This document shows, one piece after another, positions 33,211 to 41,586 of a stretch of DNA of 64,000 nt. How positions within the stretch are numbered: position 1 is the first letter of the stretch; each line of letters begins with the position of its first letter. The notes beneath the pieces were generated by a model, which saw only the letters and a list, made by a program, of their open reading frames with translations, was not told the DNA's origin and did no database searches. The position numbers were made by a program, and so were the translations under genes. Origin of the DNA: an uncultured Methanomicrobiales archaeon (lineage in GTDB: Archaea; Halobacteriota; Methanomicrobia; Methanomicrobiales; Methanospirillaceae); assembly GCA_963758915.1 (NCBI GenBank), contig CAVWXH010000009.1, positions 1 to 64,000 on the forward strand. Direction: 5' to 3'.

Positions 33211-33875
33211 AATATACCCCTCCTGATCATATCCACCGGTAAGGCACTGTTATGAAGCGCGGTCGCAACAATTGCACCGTCAAACCCGGAATTCCCCAGC
33301 ATTTCCAGGTCTTCTACCGATGCCACACCCCCGCCCCAGAGGAGCCTTCCCGAAAAGGCCTCCCTCATTTGTATCAGCCGCTCCTGGTCCAGTCCCTTCG
33401 ACGTGCCTACCCCGCTGATATCAAGCAGGATACAACCATCAAAACATAATTCATGCACAGACCGGATATATTCCAGGGGGTCTCTTCCGGACGGGATTAC
33501 CTTCCCTCCTTTCATGTCGATACTCAGATATCCTGATTTGTAACGGGTTAAATTGTTGCCAGCAGTTTCTGTGCCAATCACATTCTCAAAATGGTCCAGG
33601 GCAAGGAGATCTCCCGGGCCCCTGCATCCCCTGTCCGCATAGCAGTGCCGGACAAGCTGGTTGCACCGGGCGATTAACCCGTCATGTGACCCGGCACCCG
33701 TAATCCTGTCGAGATCGGCGATATAGATCGACCGGGGCCTGATGTGGCGAATAAATTCTTCAGGATCTGCCACGGGTGAGGCCCCCCAGGTAAGCGGGCG
33801 ATAGTTCATACGGTCGCCACGCTCACCATGGACAACAAGCCCGTCCTTCAAATCCATTGCGAGAACAAGTTCCAT
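33204..33875 (-). CDS. HisA/HisF-related TIM barrel protein
   Basis: MDLKDGLVVHG, YIADLDRI, GGGV and IVATALH motifs. Confidence 0.85.
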   Translation of the reverse strand: MELVLAMDLKDGLVVHGERGDRMNYRPLTWGASPVADPEEFIRHIRPRSIYIADLDRITGAGSHDGLIARCNQLVRHCYADRGCRGPGDLLALDHFENVIGTETAGNNLTRYKSGYLSIDMKGGKVIPSGRDPLEYIRSVHELCFDGCILLDISGVGTSKGLDQERLIQMREAFSGRLLWGGGVASVEDLEMLGNSGFDGAIVATALHNSALPVDMIRRGIFC

Positions 33876-33918
33876 GCCAGAACGCAATCACTATTAGGAT
33901 AAAAGATCATTAAACTCT

Positions 33919-34605
33919 ATGCAATTACTGGTCAGCCCGCGGGATATTCCGGAAGCAAGGAAGTCTCTTGCCGCTGATATCATCGATGTAAAAAAGCCTT
34001 CTGAGGGTTCGCTCGGGGCGAACTTTCCCTGGGTGATCAGGGAGATCAAGGCCCTCTCAACCAAACCGGTGAGTGCAGCGATTGGTGATTTTGATTATAA
34101 ACCAGGTGGTGCGAGCCTGGCTGCCTATGGCGCTGCCTGTTCCGGGGCGGACTATATCAAGGTAGGGTTGATGTTTGACGGGATCGATAAGGCATCAGAC
34201 CTTATTGAGTCAGTTGTGAAAGCGGTAAAAGATGAGTTCCCGGAAAAACGTGTTGTGATATCTGCATATTCGGATTATGTACGACTCGGGAGCATCTCCC
34301 CCTTTGATATGGCACCGCTCGTTGCGGAAGCAGGAGCTGACCTCGCGATGATCGACACCGGTATTAAGGATGGAAAGAGCACGTTCGATTTTATGGACGA
34401 GGCGACACTTACCCGCTTTACCTGGAAAAATCATGACCTTGGCATCGGAACTGCAATTGCCGGTGCACTGAAAATGGAAGATATACCTGTATTGAAACGT
34501 ATCAACCCCGATATCATCGGGGTCAGGGGAATGGTCTGCGGTGGTGACAGGAATGCATCTATCCGTGAAGATCTGGTCCAGAAACTGGTCGGGATGGTGA
34601 AGTAA
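33919..34605 (+). CDS. mfnB: (5-formylfuran-3-yl)methyl phosphate synthase (methanofuran biosynthesis)
   Basis: LLVSP, DIIDVKKPSEGSLGAN, MIDTGIKDG and GVRG motifs. Confidence 0.93.
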   Translation: MQLLVSPRDIPEARKSLAADIIDVKKPSEGSLGANFPWVIREIKALSTKPVSAAIGDFDYKPGGASLAAYGAACSGADYIKVGLMFDGIDKASDLIESVVKAVKDEFPEKRVVISAYSDYVRLGSISPFDMAPLVAEAGADLAMIDTGIKDGKSTFDFMDEATLTRFTWKNHDLGIGTAIAGALKMEDIPVLKRINPDIIGVRGMVCGGDRNASIREDLVQKLVGMVK

Positions 34606-36075
34606 ATGTTTACTGAAAAACTGGAAACTGCAACGCTTGCTCTTACTTTTGATGATGTCCTCCTCATGCCTGCGGAGTCCTATATCGATCCAGACCAGAC
34701 CGTAGTGACCTCACGTTTCTCGACGAATATTCCCCTCAACGTCCCGCTCGTCAGTGCCGCCATGGACACGGTTACCGAGTCAATGATGGCAATTGTGCTG
34801 GCACATGAAGGTGGTATCGGTGTAATTCACCGGAATATGCTACCCGACCACGAGGTTGAGGAAGTCAGGGCAGTGAAACAGGCAGAAGAACTGATCGAAC
34901 GGAAGGTGCTTACGGTAGGCCCTGATTCAACCGTCGCTGATGTGGAACGCCTCATGAACGAGCACCGGATTGGCGGGGTGCCGGTCATCGATGCCGGGAA
35001 AATCATCGGTATTGTAAGCCGGCGGGATGTCCGCGCGATCGCATCCAAACGTGGGACCGAACGCATAGAGGCGATAATGACGCGGAACCCTATCACTGCG
35101 GACGTTGATATCACCATGGACCAGGCGCTTGAAACCATGTACACCAACAAGGTCGAGCGCCTGCCGGTTGTTGACCAGAAGGGAAAACTGATAGGGATCA
35201 TCACGATGCAGGATATCCTTGAAAAACGCCAGTACCCAAAAGCGACACGGGACAGCAAAGGTAACCTTCGTGTCGCTGCGGCGGTCGGCCCCTTCGACTT
35301 TAACAGGGCGATGCTCCTTGACGAGGCCGGTGCCGATGCGCTGGTGGTGGACTGTGCGCACGGCCATAACATGAAAGTCGTTGCAGCGGTGAAAGATATC
35401 AAAGCAAGTGCAAAAGCCGACGTTGTGGCAGGAAATATCGCGACCGCACAGGCGGCCCGCGAGCTTGTCGACCATGTAAACGGCCTGAAAGTTGGCATTG
35501 GTCCCGGGTCTATCTGTACGACACGGATAGTCGCCGGGGTTGGAGTACCACAGATTACGGCAATCGCAGCGGTTGCGGATGTAGCCCGGCTGTCGGGTGT
35601 CCCGGTAATTGCGGACGGGGGTGTCAGGTACAGCGGCGATGTCGCCAAAGCAATCGCGGCAGGTGCCGATTCAGTAATGATGGGCAGCCTGTTTGCCGGC
35701 ACCGATGAAGCCCCGGGGAGGGTCATTACGATTAAGGGACGACGGTACAAGCAGTACCGGGGAATGGGTTCCCTCGGCGTCATGAGCTCGGGGGTCTCAA
35801 GCGACCGGTACTTCCAGCCAAAGGATATCGGGAGAACAAAATTTGTACCAGAAGGCGTGGAAGGGGTCACACCCTACGTGGGAAATGTCGCGGACATCAT
35901 CTACCAGCTCGTGGGAGGGCTGAAATCTGCAATGGGTTACACAGGATCGAAGAATATAGGGGAAATGCATGAAAAGGCAGCACTCGTCAGGATTACGCCG
36001 GCCGGACATTTCGAGAGCCACCCCCACAATATCCTGATCACCGATGAGGCTCCCAATTACCGGATTAGCGATTAA
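34606..36075 (+). CDS. guaB: IMP dehydrogenase
   Basis: LTFDDVLL, GIGPGSICTT and YRGMGS motifs; CBS pair. Confidence 0.97.
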   Translation: MFTEKLETATLALTFDDVLLMPAESYIDPDQTVVTSRFSTNIPLNVPLVSAAMDTVTESMMAIVLAHEGGIGVIHRNMLPDHEVEEVRAVKQAEELIERKVLTVGPDSTVADVERLMNEHRIGGVPVIDAGKIIGIVSRRDVRAIASKRGTERIEAIMTRNPITADVDITMDQALETMYTNKVERLPVVDQKGKLIGIITMQDILEKRQYPKATRDSKGNLRVAAAVGPFDFNRAMLLDEAGADALVVDCAHGHNMKVVAAVKDIKASAKADVVAGNIATAQAARELVDHVNGLKVGIGPGSICTTRIVAGVGVPQITAIAAVADVARLSGVPVIADGGVRYSGDVAKAIAAGADSVMMGSLFAGTDEAPGRVITIKGRRYKQYRGMGSLGVMSSGVSSDRYFQPKDIGRTKFVPEGVEGVTPYVGNVADIIYQLVGGLKSAMGYTGSKNIGEMHEKAALVRITPAGHFESHPHNILITDEAPNYRISD

Positions 36076-36149
36076 ACAGGGATTATCGCTATTTCCAGCT
36101 TTTTTTTCACCTTCTGAAATCCATCTGACCCATTTGGGGGAAGGAATTT

Positions 36150-36370
36150 CTGAAATTTACTCAGGTTCCAGGGGCTCCACCCAATGGCTTAGGCAACCCT
36201 GGTTGTAATACAGACTTTTTTTTGGAACTCTACTGCATACAGGTAATCATCGGGTGAACCCTGCCCAACCAATATCTTGTTGGGGAAGGTCCGGTAGAAT
36301 GAAAAACCCTCCTGGTTATGCAGTTCCGATTTATTTCCAATCTGGAAAGAATAAACCGATCCTTCCACGC
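36150..36370 (+). mobile_element. Degenerate module A copy
   Basis: CCAGGGGCTCC, CAACCCTGGTTG, GAACCCTGCCC and AATATCTTGTTGGGG are collinear with the core. Confidence 0.6.
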
Positions 36371-36386
36371 GAGAAGAAAAAAATTC

Positions 36387-36669
36387 GGCTCTGTAGAACA
36401 ATAACGGTTCCTCTGACATCACAAAATTCTATCTTCTTGCAGATTGGGAATTCCAAAATTTCGTCACGCTCCTGGGGCTCATAGCCCGCCGCTTTGGCGA
36501 CCCGGTTGGGATAGAGGCTATCCCAAAATACTCTGAATTGAATGAGCCTTCGAGAAACCCTGCCCGAAGGATATCTTAATGGGGGGTGGGGCAGGGAGGG
36601 GGTGAAACCCCCTCCTGTCTTCGTATTTCCCTCTTATTTTTTATGACACCGAAGGGTTTCAACAAAGCG
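36387..36669 (+). mobile_element. Best-preserved MITE-like element (module A) with TIRs and 9-bp flanking direct repeat
   Basis: GGCTCTGTAGAAC ... GTTTCAACAAAGCG, flanked on both sides by AAAAAATTC. Confidence 0.88.
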
Positions 36670-36971
36670 AAAAAATTCAGGAGATCCGCCTGACGGGATA
36701 GCTGAGGTATCAGGTACTGATACCGGACCCGGGATTCCGCATACTATGAAACTGAAGACTTTTGACCTGCTACTGCGGGATTCCGCCATGCACAGCAGAT
36801 AGGGGCCAGGGCTGCACATTGTCAGGATGCAGGTTGAAGCATACGGGGCACGTATCAACGGAATTACCAGACCGTATTGTGCAGGAAATGTGATTACAGC
36901 TCCGTTATATGAACATGAAAGCGGCACAATATTTTTTAGTACGGAATGTAAGGTTGCGGGTTCTGAACTAC

Positions 36972-37009
36972 AAATATTATAAATATTTACAGGACTAACA
37001 TGAGGTTAC
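36972..37009 (+). promoter_or_regulatory. TATA box + HSR1-type operator CTAAC-N5-GTTAC
   Basis: ATTATAAATA followed by CTAAC ATGAG GTTAC (36995-37009), just before ATG 37012. Confidence 0.6.
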
Positions 37010-37011
37010 TA

Positions 37012-37632
37012 ATGCTCGACAGCATCGACGTTGCCCGCGTTCTGGACATCCTTGGGAACAGGAACCGAAGACGGATTATTGAACTCCTCAGGGAGAAACC
37101 GTGCTTTGTCACAGAGATCTCTGACCGGCTTACACTCTCCCCTAAAGCAGTTATCGAGCACCTGCAGATGATGGAACGAGAAGAGATCCTTGCATTCTGG
37201 ATGGACGAGAGGCGGAGAAAATACTATTTTCTTTCCAACGACATCAGCATCGTAGTGAGCCTTCAGAAGCAGGAAAGGTCTGAGGTTTCAAGAGATAGCA
37301 ATACCGGTACCGGGTTCCTGCGGTCCCTGCTGACACTCCGGAAGATGGTGCAGGCCAGGGACGAACTTGTTTCAAGGGTAGGGCACCTTGATAATGACAT
37401 CGGGGAGCAGATGCGTGAGATTGAAAAGAGAGCGAAAAGTATCCTTCAGAACGAAACAGAACTCGATCTGGTGATTGCACTTTCCCATTACCATCTCACA
37501 CTCTCCGACCTTGTCGAGCTGACGGGAAAAGAAGATGTCGAGATCATCCCGGCGGTCGAAGACCTGATATCCCGCGGGATCATCGAGCAGGAAGGCCCCC
37601 AATACCGTATCTGTGATATGTATGCCGAATAA
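37012..37632 (+). CDS. ArsR-family transcriptional regulator, HSR1/Phr-like heat-shock repressor candidate
   Basis: LDILGNRNRRRII...PCFVTEIS wHTH, coiled coil and second HTH. Confidence 0.85.
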   Translation: MLDSIDVARVLDILGNRNRRRIIELLREKPCFVTEISDRLTLSPKAVIEHLQMMEREEILAFWMDERRRKYYFLSNDISIVVSLQKQERSEVSRDSNTGTGFLRSLLTLRKMVQARDELVSRVGHLDNDIGEQMREIEKRAKSILQNETELDLVIALSHYHLTLSDLVELTGKEDVEIIPAVEDLISRGIIEQEGPQYRICDMYAE

Positions 37633-38044
37633 AGAAAACCCGTATGATGATTTTCTCAAGTCCCTTGCAAAACTGGTAGAGGACATCATGAAGGACCTGC
37701 CTGATGATGAGCATGCGAGGTTTATCGGGTGTACGATCATTGCAGGGGGGACCAGCGGGACACCTCCTTTCTTGGAGGGGAATCAGGGTAACTGCAACGA
37801 GATCAGGTATGAAATCATCGAATCCGATGAACGGATATTTATTACCACGCAGCTGCCACCCGACATAAAAAATGCCCCTTATGCGGATATTGACCCGGAT
37901 TCAGTACGGATCTGTATCGATGACCTTAACGAGCTGATCCCGCTCCCTGTACATATCGACGTCATCCACAGCTTTTACATCGTCAGGCACGGGGTAATGG
38001 ACATCGTACTGAAAAAAAAGCCCTCCTACCCGGACATCAACTAA
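37622..38044 (+). CDS. Hsp20/CS-like beta-sandwich hypothetical protein
   Basis: YEIIE...IFITTQLP and RHGVMDIVLKK resemble the alpha-crystallin tail; overlaps the regulator. Confidence 0.6.
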   Translation: MPNKENPYDDFLKSLAKLVEDIMKDLPDDEHARFIGCTIIAGGTSGTPPFLEGNQGNCNEIRYEIIESDERIFITTQLPPDIKNAPYADIDPDSVRICIDDLNELIPLPVHIDVIHSFYIVRHGVMDIVLKKKPSYPDIN

Positions 38045-38117
38045 ATTGTCCAGCTCGCTATTTTTAATAGTAACTCGTGGATTGTAAAAAGGATTGGACT
38101 TTTATTGTCATCCTATC

Positions 38118-38369
38118 CAAATTTATCTTACAGATTATGGGGTTCCAAAAATTCACCACGCTCACGGGGCTCATGGTCCGCCGCTTTGGCGACCCCGGTT
38201 GGGATAGTGAATAACCTCTAAATCTCTGAAATTTTCAGGGACATTACAGATGACCCCCCAGTGAATATCATATTTGGGGGTGGGGCAGGGGAGGGGTGAA
38301 ACCACCTCCTTTCTACGTATTCCCGCTTCTCATTTTTTAAAAAATAACACACAGAGTTTCAATAAAGCC
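38118..38369 (+). mobile_element. MITE-like element, module A copy
   Basis: CACGCTCACGGGGCTCATGGTCCGCCGCTTTGGCGACCCCGGTTGGGATAG; right TIR GTTTCAATAAAGCC. Confidence 0.85.
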
Positions 38370-38451
38370 CTTCTTTTTTTCAACCCGCAGAAATGTCAGA
38401 AGGCTCATAAACGAAAAAGGAATTATCTCCCGGATTACACGGGATACCGTT

Positions 38452-40635
38452 TCAGACCTTCACATGGGCGTCTGTCGTTGCCCACTCCGTAATTTTCCGC
38501 TCTTTCCTGTCATATTCATGGAACTGGCGGAGTGAGACCGTGAGATCCCGTGTGAATGCGAAGTACCCAATCTGGGTGCTGCGACATAATTTCATCGCCA
38601 TGTCCATCAGACCACGGGGGTCAGGTCTCGATTCACCAAGCCAGATATGGAAAATATTTCCCCCGTCCACGATCGGGAAGAAGACATGTTCGATCTCCAT
38701 GCGCTGTGCAAGTGTAATCCTTGCCCCGGGGGCGACATGTGTCCCATTCGTATAGTATATGGGGAGGTCACGGGTCGTCCCTATCCTTTTCAGTGACCCT
38801 TCGAGGTCTCCTTTGACAACCTTCTTTGCGGGTTCACGGAAGTCCTTGTTGAGCAGGTCTGAAACAGCGAATCGCTGGCCCGTTGTCTCGGCGGGTGTCC
38901 TTGCAAGCGCAATGGTCATCGAATGTTTTTCTGACAATTCCCTGGCATAGAGTTCCATCTCGGTCATCGCACGGACCGCGAGTTTGAATGCCTCTTTCGA
39001 TTCATGCAGTTGTGACCCGACATGGGCCTGCACCATCTCATTGACGCCGACAATCCCAATCGTGTAGACCAGTCCCTCGAGGTCTACGGCTATTGCACCG
39101 CGTTCTCCGGTGATCGGGTCTTTTGGCCTCTGCATCGCAAACGGCATCCTCCCATGTGCCCGGATAATTTCAAGCCAGCGCCGCTTGATATTGAAGACCT
39201 CAACTGCCACATCCATCATCAGGCGGAGTTCTGAAAAAAGCCGCCCGTCATCTCCTTCAGCCTTATACGCAGCACGGGGGCAGTTTAAGGAGACAACCTG
39301 CCAGGAGCCCATCGAGAAATGACGGCCCTCCTCGAAATACAACTTTTTATCAAATTCAGAGTCATTTTCCGCAACGCAGGAGAACTGGTAGGCACAACAC
39401 TGGTAGCAGGAGATACCTTTCCCTGCACCGCGATACCCGGGCATCTGGTTATCATAATAGGGAGTGCCGAATTTCGAGGCCAGTTCAAACGTGAGAAGAT
39501 AGAGCTCGCTGTAGGTCGGGAGGTCGGGGTGCGCCTGGTTATACTCATTCATCTCCTTCATGAATTCAGGTTCGATGCTGATTTCCGGTTTCGGGAAGGA
39601 GAAGGGCTTTCCCCATGAGTCCCCCTCAAGCATTACCTCCATGAGAGATTTGAAAAGGAGCCTCACTTCGCGTTCAAATTCCTGGTAGGTGCGTTTTGGT
39701 GCAGATTTTCCGTCCCAGATCTTCCCCTTGTAGACACAGGGCTTGTCTTTCCAGAGCGCAGGCACACCCGGGCATAGCTGAACAGACGAAAAGACGAGCT
39801 GGCCTCCCCGTGCAACCATCATCTGGGTCATCTCGTAGACAAACATCTGCATCATCTGCCTGATCTCGCTATAGGGCATCCCTTCGAAATAAGGTGCCAG
39901 GAATGTCAGGAAATTATAATAGCCCTGTCCGCCTGCAAAATTCGTCTGGGCACTCCCGAGTGCCTTGACCGCATGGAGCACGGCAACTTCTGCGCGCCTT
40001 GCGGGTCCGGCTACTGATGCTTTTGTACCATTCCCGTCAGGCATGAGCCCGTAGTAAAAGAAGTACCTGAGGTCCCAGTCCTGGCAGAACGGACGTGTCC
40101 CGAAATACTCAAGGTCGTGGATGTGGATATCCCCTCTCAGATGATGGTCCGCAAGTTCAGGGGGCAACTGCAGGAGGTATTGTTCCTTGCTGATCTTGTC
40201 CGCCTTTTTCTTATGAGAAGTCTCAGCGTTTTCCTGGAGGTTGGCATTATCTTTTGCCTCAAATCCCCGCCCCACATCGATCAGGTGCGCATCGTATACC
40301 GGTGTACCAACCCTTGTGCATACATTCCTGTATTGGACAAGTCCCCGTTCCAGGAGCGAGATATTCATTATTTCGCGGATCAACGGCCCTGAAAGGGATT
40401 GCAGTCCCATAGAGAGAATTCTTCGTTCCACCGACAGCGCGATCTCCCGGGCGAGTTCCTCATCCGCGCTGGTATACCCGTAAAATGTCTCAACGAGACG
40501 GGTTTCCTCCACTATCTGGCGGACGATCCGTTCCCGGTCCCACTCGATGATATGCCCGTCCGATGTCCGGACCGGGGGCAACGGGGGAATGAATATCCCA
40601 TCAAGTGTCTTCTGGCGGGTATCGCGCTTCTGCAT
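38452..40635 (-). CDS. nrdD: Anaerobic (class III) ribonucleoside-triphosphate reductase, lacking the C-terminal glycyl-radical domain
   Basis: ATP-cone, IHIHDLEY, FCQDW, CYQCCAY, TPAET and YYTNGTH present; no CxxC or RxxGY at the C-terminus. Confidence 0.9.
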   Translation of the reverse strand: MQKRDTRQKTLDGIFIPPLPPVRTSDGHIIEWDRERIVRQIVEETRLVETFYGYTSADEELAREIALSVERRILSMGLQSLSGPLIREIMNISLLERGLVQYRNVCTRVGTPVYDAHLIDVGRGFEAKDNANLQENAETSHKKKADKISKEQYLLQLPPELADHHLRGDIHIHDLEYFGTRPFCQDWDLRYFFYYGLMPDGNGTKASVAGPARRAEVAVLHAVKALGSAQTNFAGGQGYYNFLTFLAPYFEGMPYSEIRQMMQMFVYEMTQMMVARGGQLVFSSVQLCPGVPALWKDKPCVYKGKIWDGKSAPKRTYQEFEREVRLLFKSLMEVMLEGDSWGKPFSFPKPEISIEPEFMKEMNEYNQAHPDLPTYSELYLLTFELASKFGTPYYDNQMPGYRGAGKGISCYQCCAYQFSCVAENDSEFDKKLYFEEGRHFSMGSWQVVSLNCPRAAYKAEGDDGRLFSELRLMMDVAVEVFNIKRRWLEIIRAHGRMPFAMQRPKDPITGERGAIAVDLEGLVYTIGIVGVNEMVQAHVGSQLHESKEAFKLAVRAMTEMELYARELSEKHSMTIALARTPAETTGQRFAVSDLLNKDFREPAKKVVKGDLEGSLKRIGTTRDLPIYYTNGTHVAPGARITLAQRMEIEHVFFPIVDGGNIFHIWLGESRPDPRGLMDMAMKLCRSTQIGYFAFTRDLTVSLRQFHEYDRKERKITEWATTDAHVKV

Positions 40636-40905
40636 TTATGCACCTGCAAGAAATTGTGTGACCTTGTCTTCCCTGACATGTCCCCCAAAAAAGAGATCAG
40701 GGGATGTGAGGAAGTTGTCACCCTTCTGGAGGACGGGGGCCTCGCTGACGAATATCCCATTGATACGGAGTTCGGTCAGTGATTCGGCCGTGGACATGTC
40801 CCTCTCCTCGTACGGGATCGTGTGTCCTGTTAAATATTCTTTTAATAGTTCGCAGTTGGGACAAAGCTCAAGTGTATAGATGGTCAGTTGCGGTGAATCT
40901 GCCAA
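40636..40905 (-). CDS. Glutaredoxin-like NrdH redoxin
   Basis: CPNC motif; immediately upstream of nrdD. Confidence 0.85.
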   Translation of the reverse strand: MADSPQLTIYTLELCPNCELLKEYLTGHTIPYEERDMSTAESLTELRINGIFVSEAPVLQKGDNFLTSPDLFFGGHVREDKVTQFLAGA

Positions 40906-41046
40906 TGTATCACCCCCCCTATCTCACGTACAATAGCGCTTAATTTTAAAAAAGTGTTCGATAGTTCTCCCGGGGCGCAAAGAAAATTAATTATCCCCGT
41001 ACCGGAAACAAGATATAACCATAACAGGATAAAGGAGGGGCCCGGA

Positions 41047-41586
41047 ATAGTCAGAGCATTTGTGGCAATCGACCTGTCACCTGAGATACGTGAGAAGATG
41101 CGTGAAGTACAGGAGGCAATCCGGAAGAGCGGGGCAAGAATCACACTCGTTGATCCTGCGATTATTCATATAACTATAAAATTTCTCGGGGAAATTGAGG
41201 CCCCGCGGGTCGGACCTGTCAGGGAAGCACTCAGTGAGGTCATACTTGAGCCATTTGACCTCACAATAACAGGTATTTCTGCAAATAATAACCGTAACCC
41301 CCGTGTTATATGGGGGACGGCAGGGGACAGTGGAGGATGCAGGCTCCTCTTCGAACAGGTTGAAACGGCACTCACTGCCATCGGCGTTCCACGGGAGGAG
41401 CGCGGGTTCACTCCCCATGCTACTATCGCAAGAGTAAAAGAATATCACCCGTCCCTCATGCAGTCAATCAGGCCATACCTCTCAGAAACACTGGGAGAAT
41501 GTCATATTTCCGGGTTCAGCCTGAAAAAAAGTACCCTTACCCCGACCGGACCGGTATATGATACAATTTTGGAGGTTATGTGGTAA
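41047..41586 (+). CDS. thpR: RNA 2',3'-cyclic phosphodiesterase (2H, LigT/ThpR); start either ATA 41047 or GTG 40954
   Basis: HITIKF and PHATIAR 2H motifs; adjacent to cca. Confidence 0.9.
   Translation: MVRAFVAIDLSPEIREKMREVQEAIRKSGARITLVDPAIIHITIKFLGEIEAPRVGPVREALSEVILEPFDLTITGISANNNRNPRVIWGTAGDSGGCRLLFEQVETALTAIGVPREERGFTPHATIARVKEYHPSLMQSIRPYLSETLGECHISGFSLKKSTLTPTGPVYDTILEVMW

Noticed and set aside
36533-36560. Hammerhead-like CTGAA..ATGAG...GAAAC in module A
   Set aside because: Lacks an intact CUGAnGA core and the G-C pair closing stem II; not conserved in other copies
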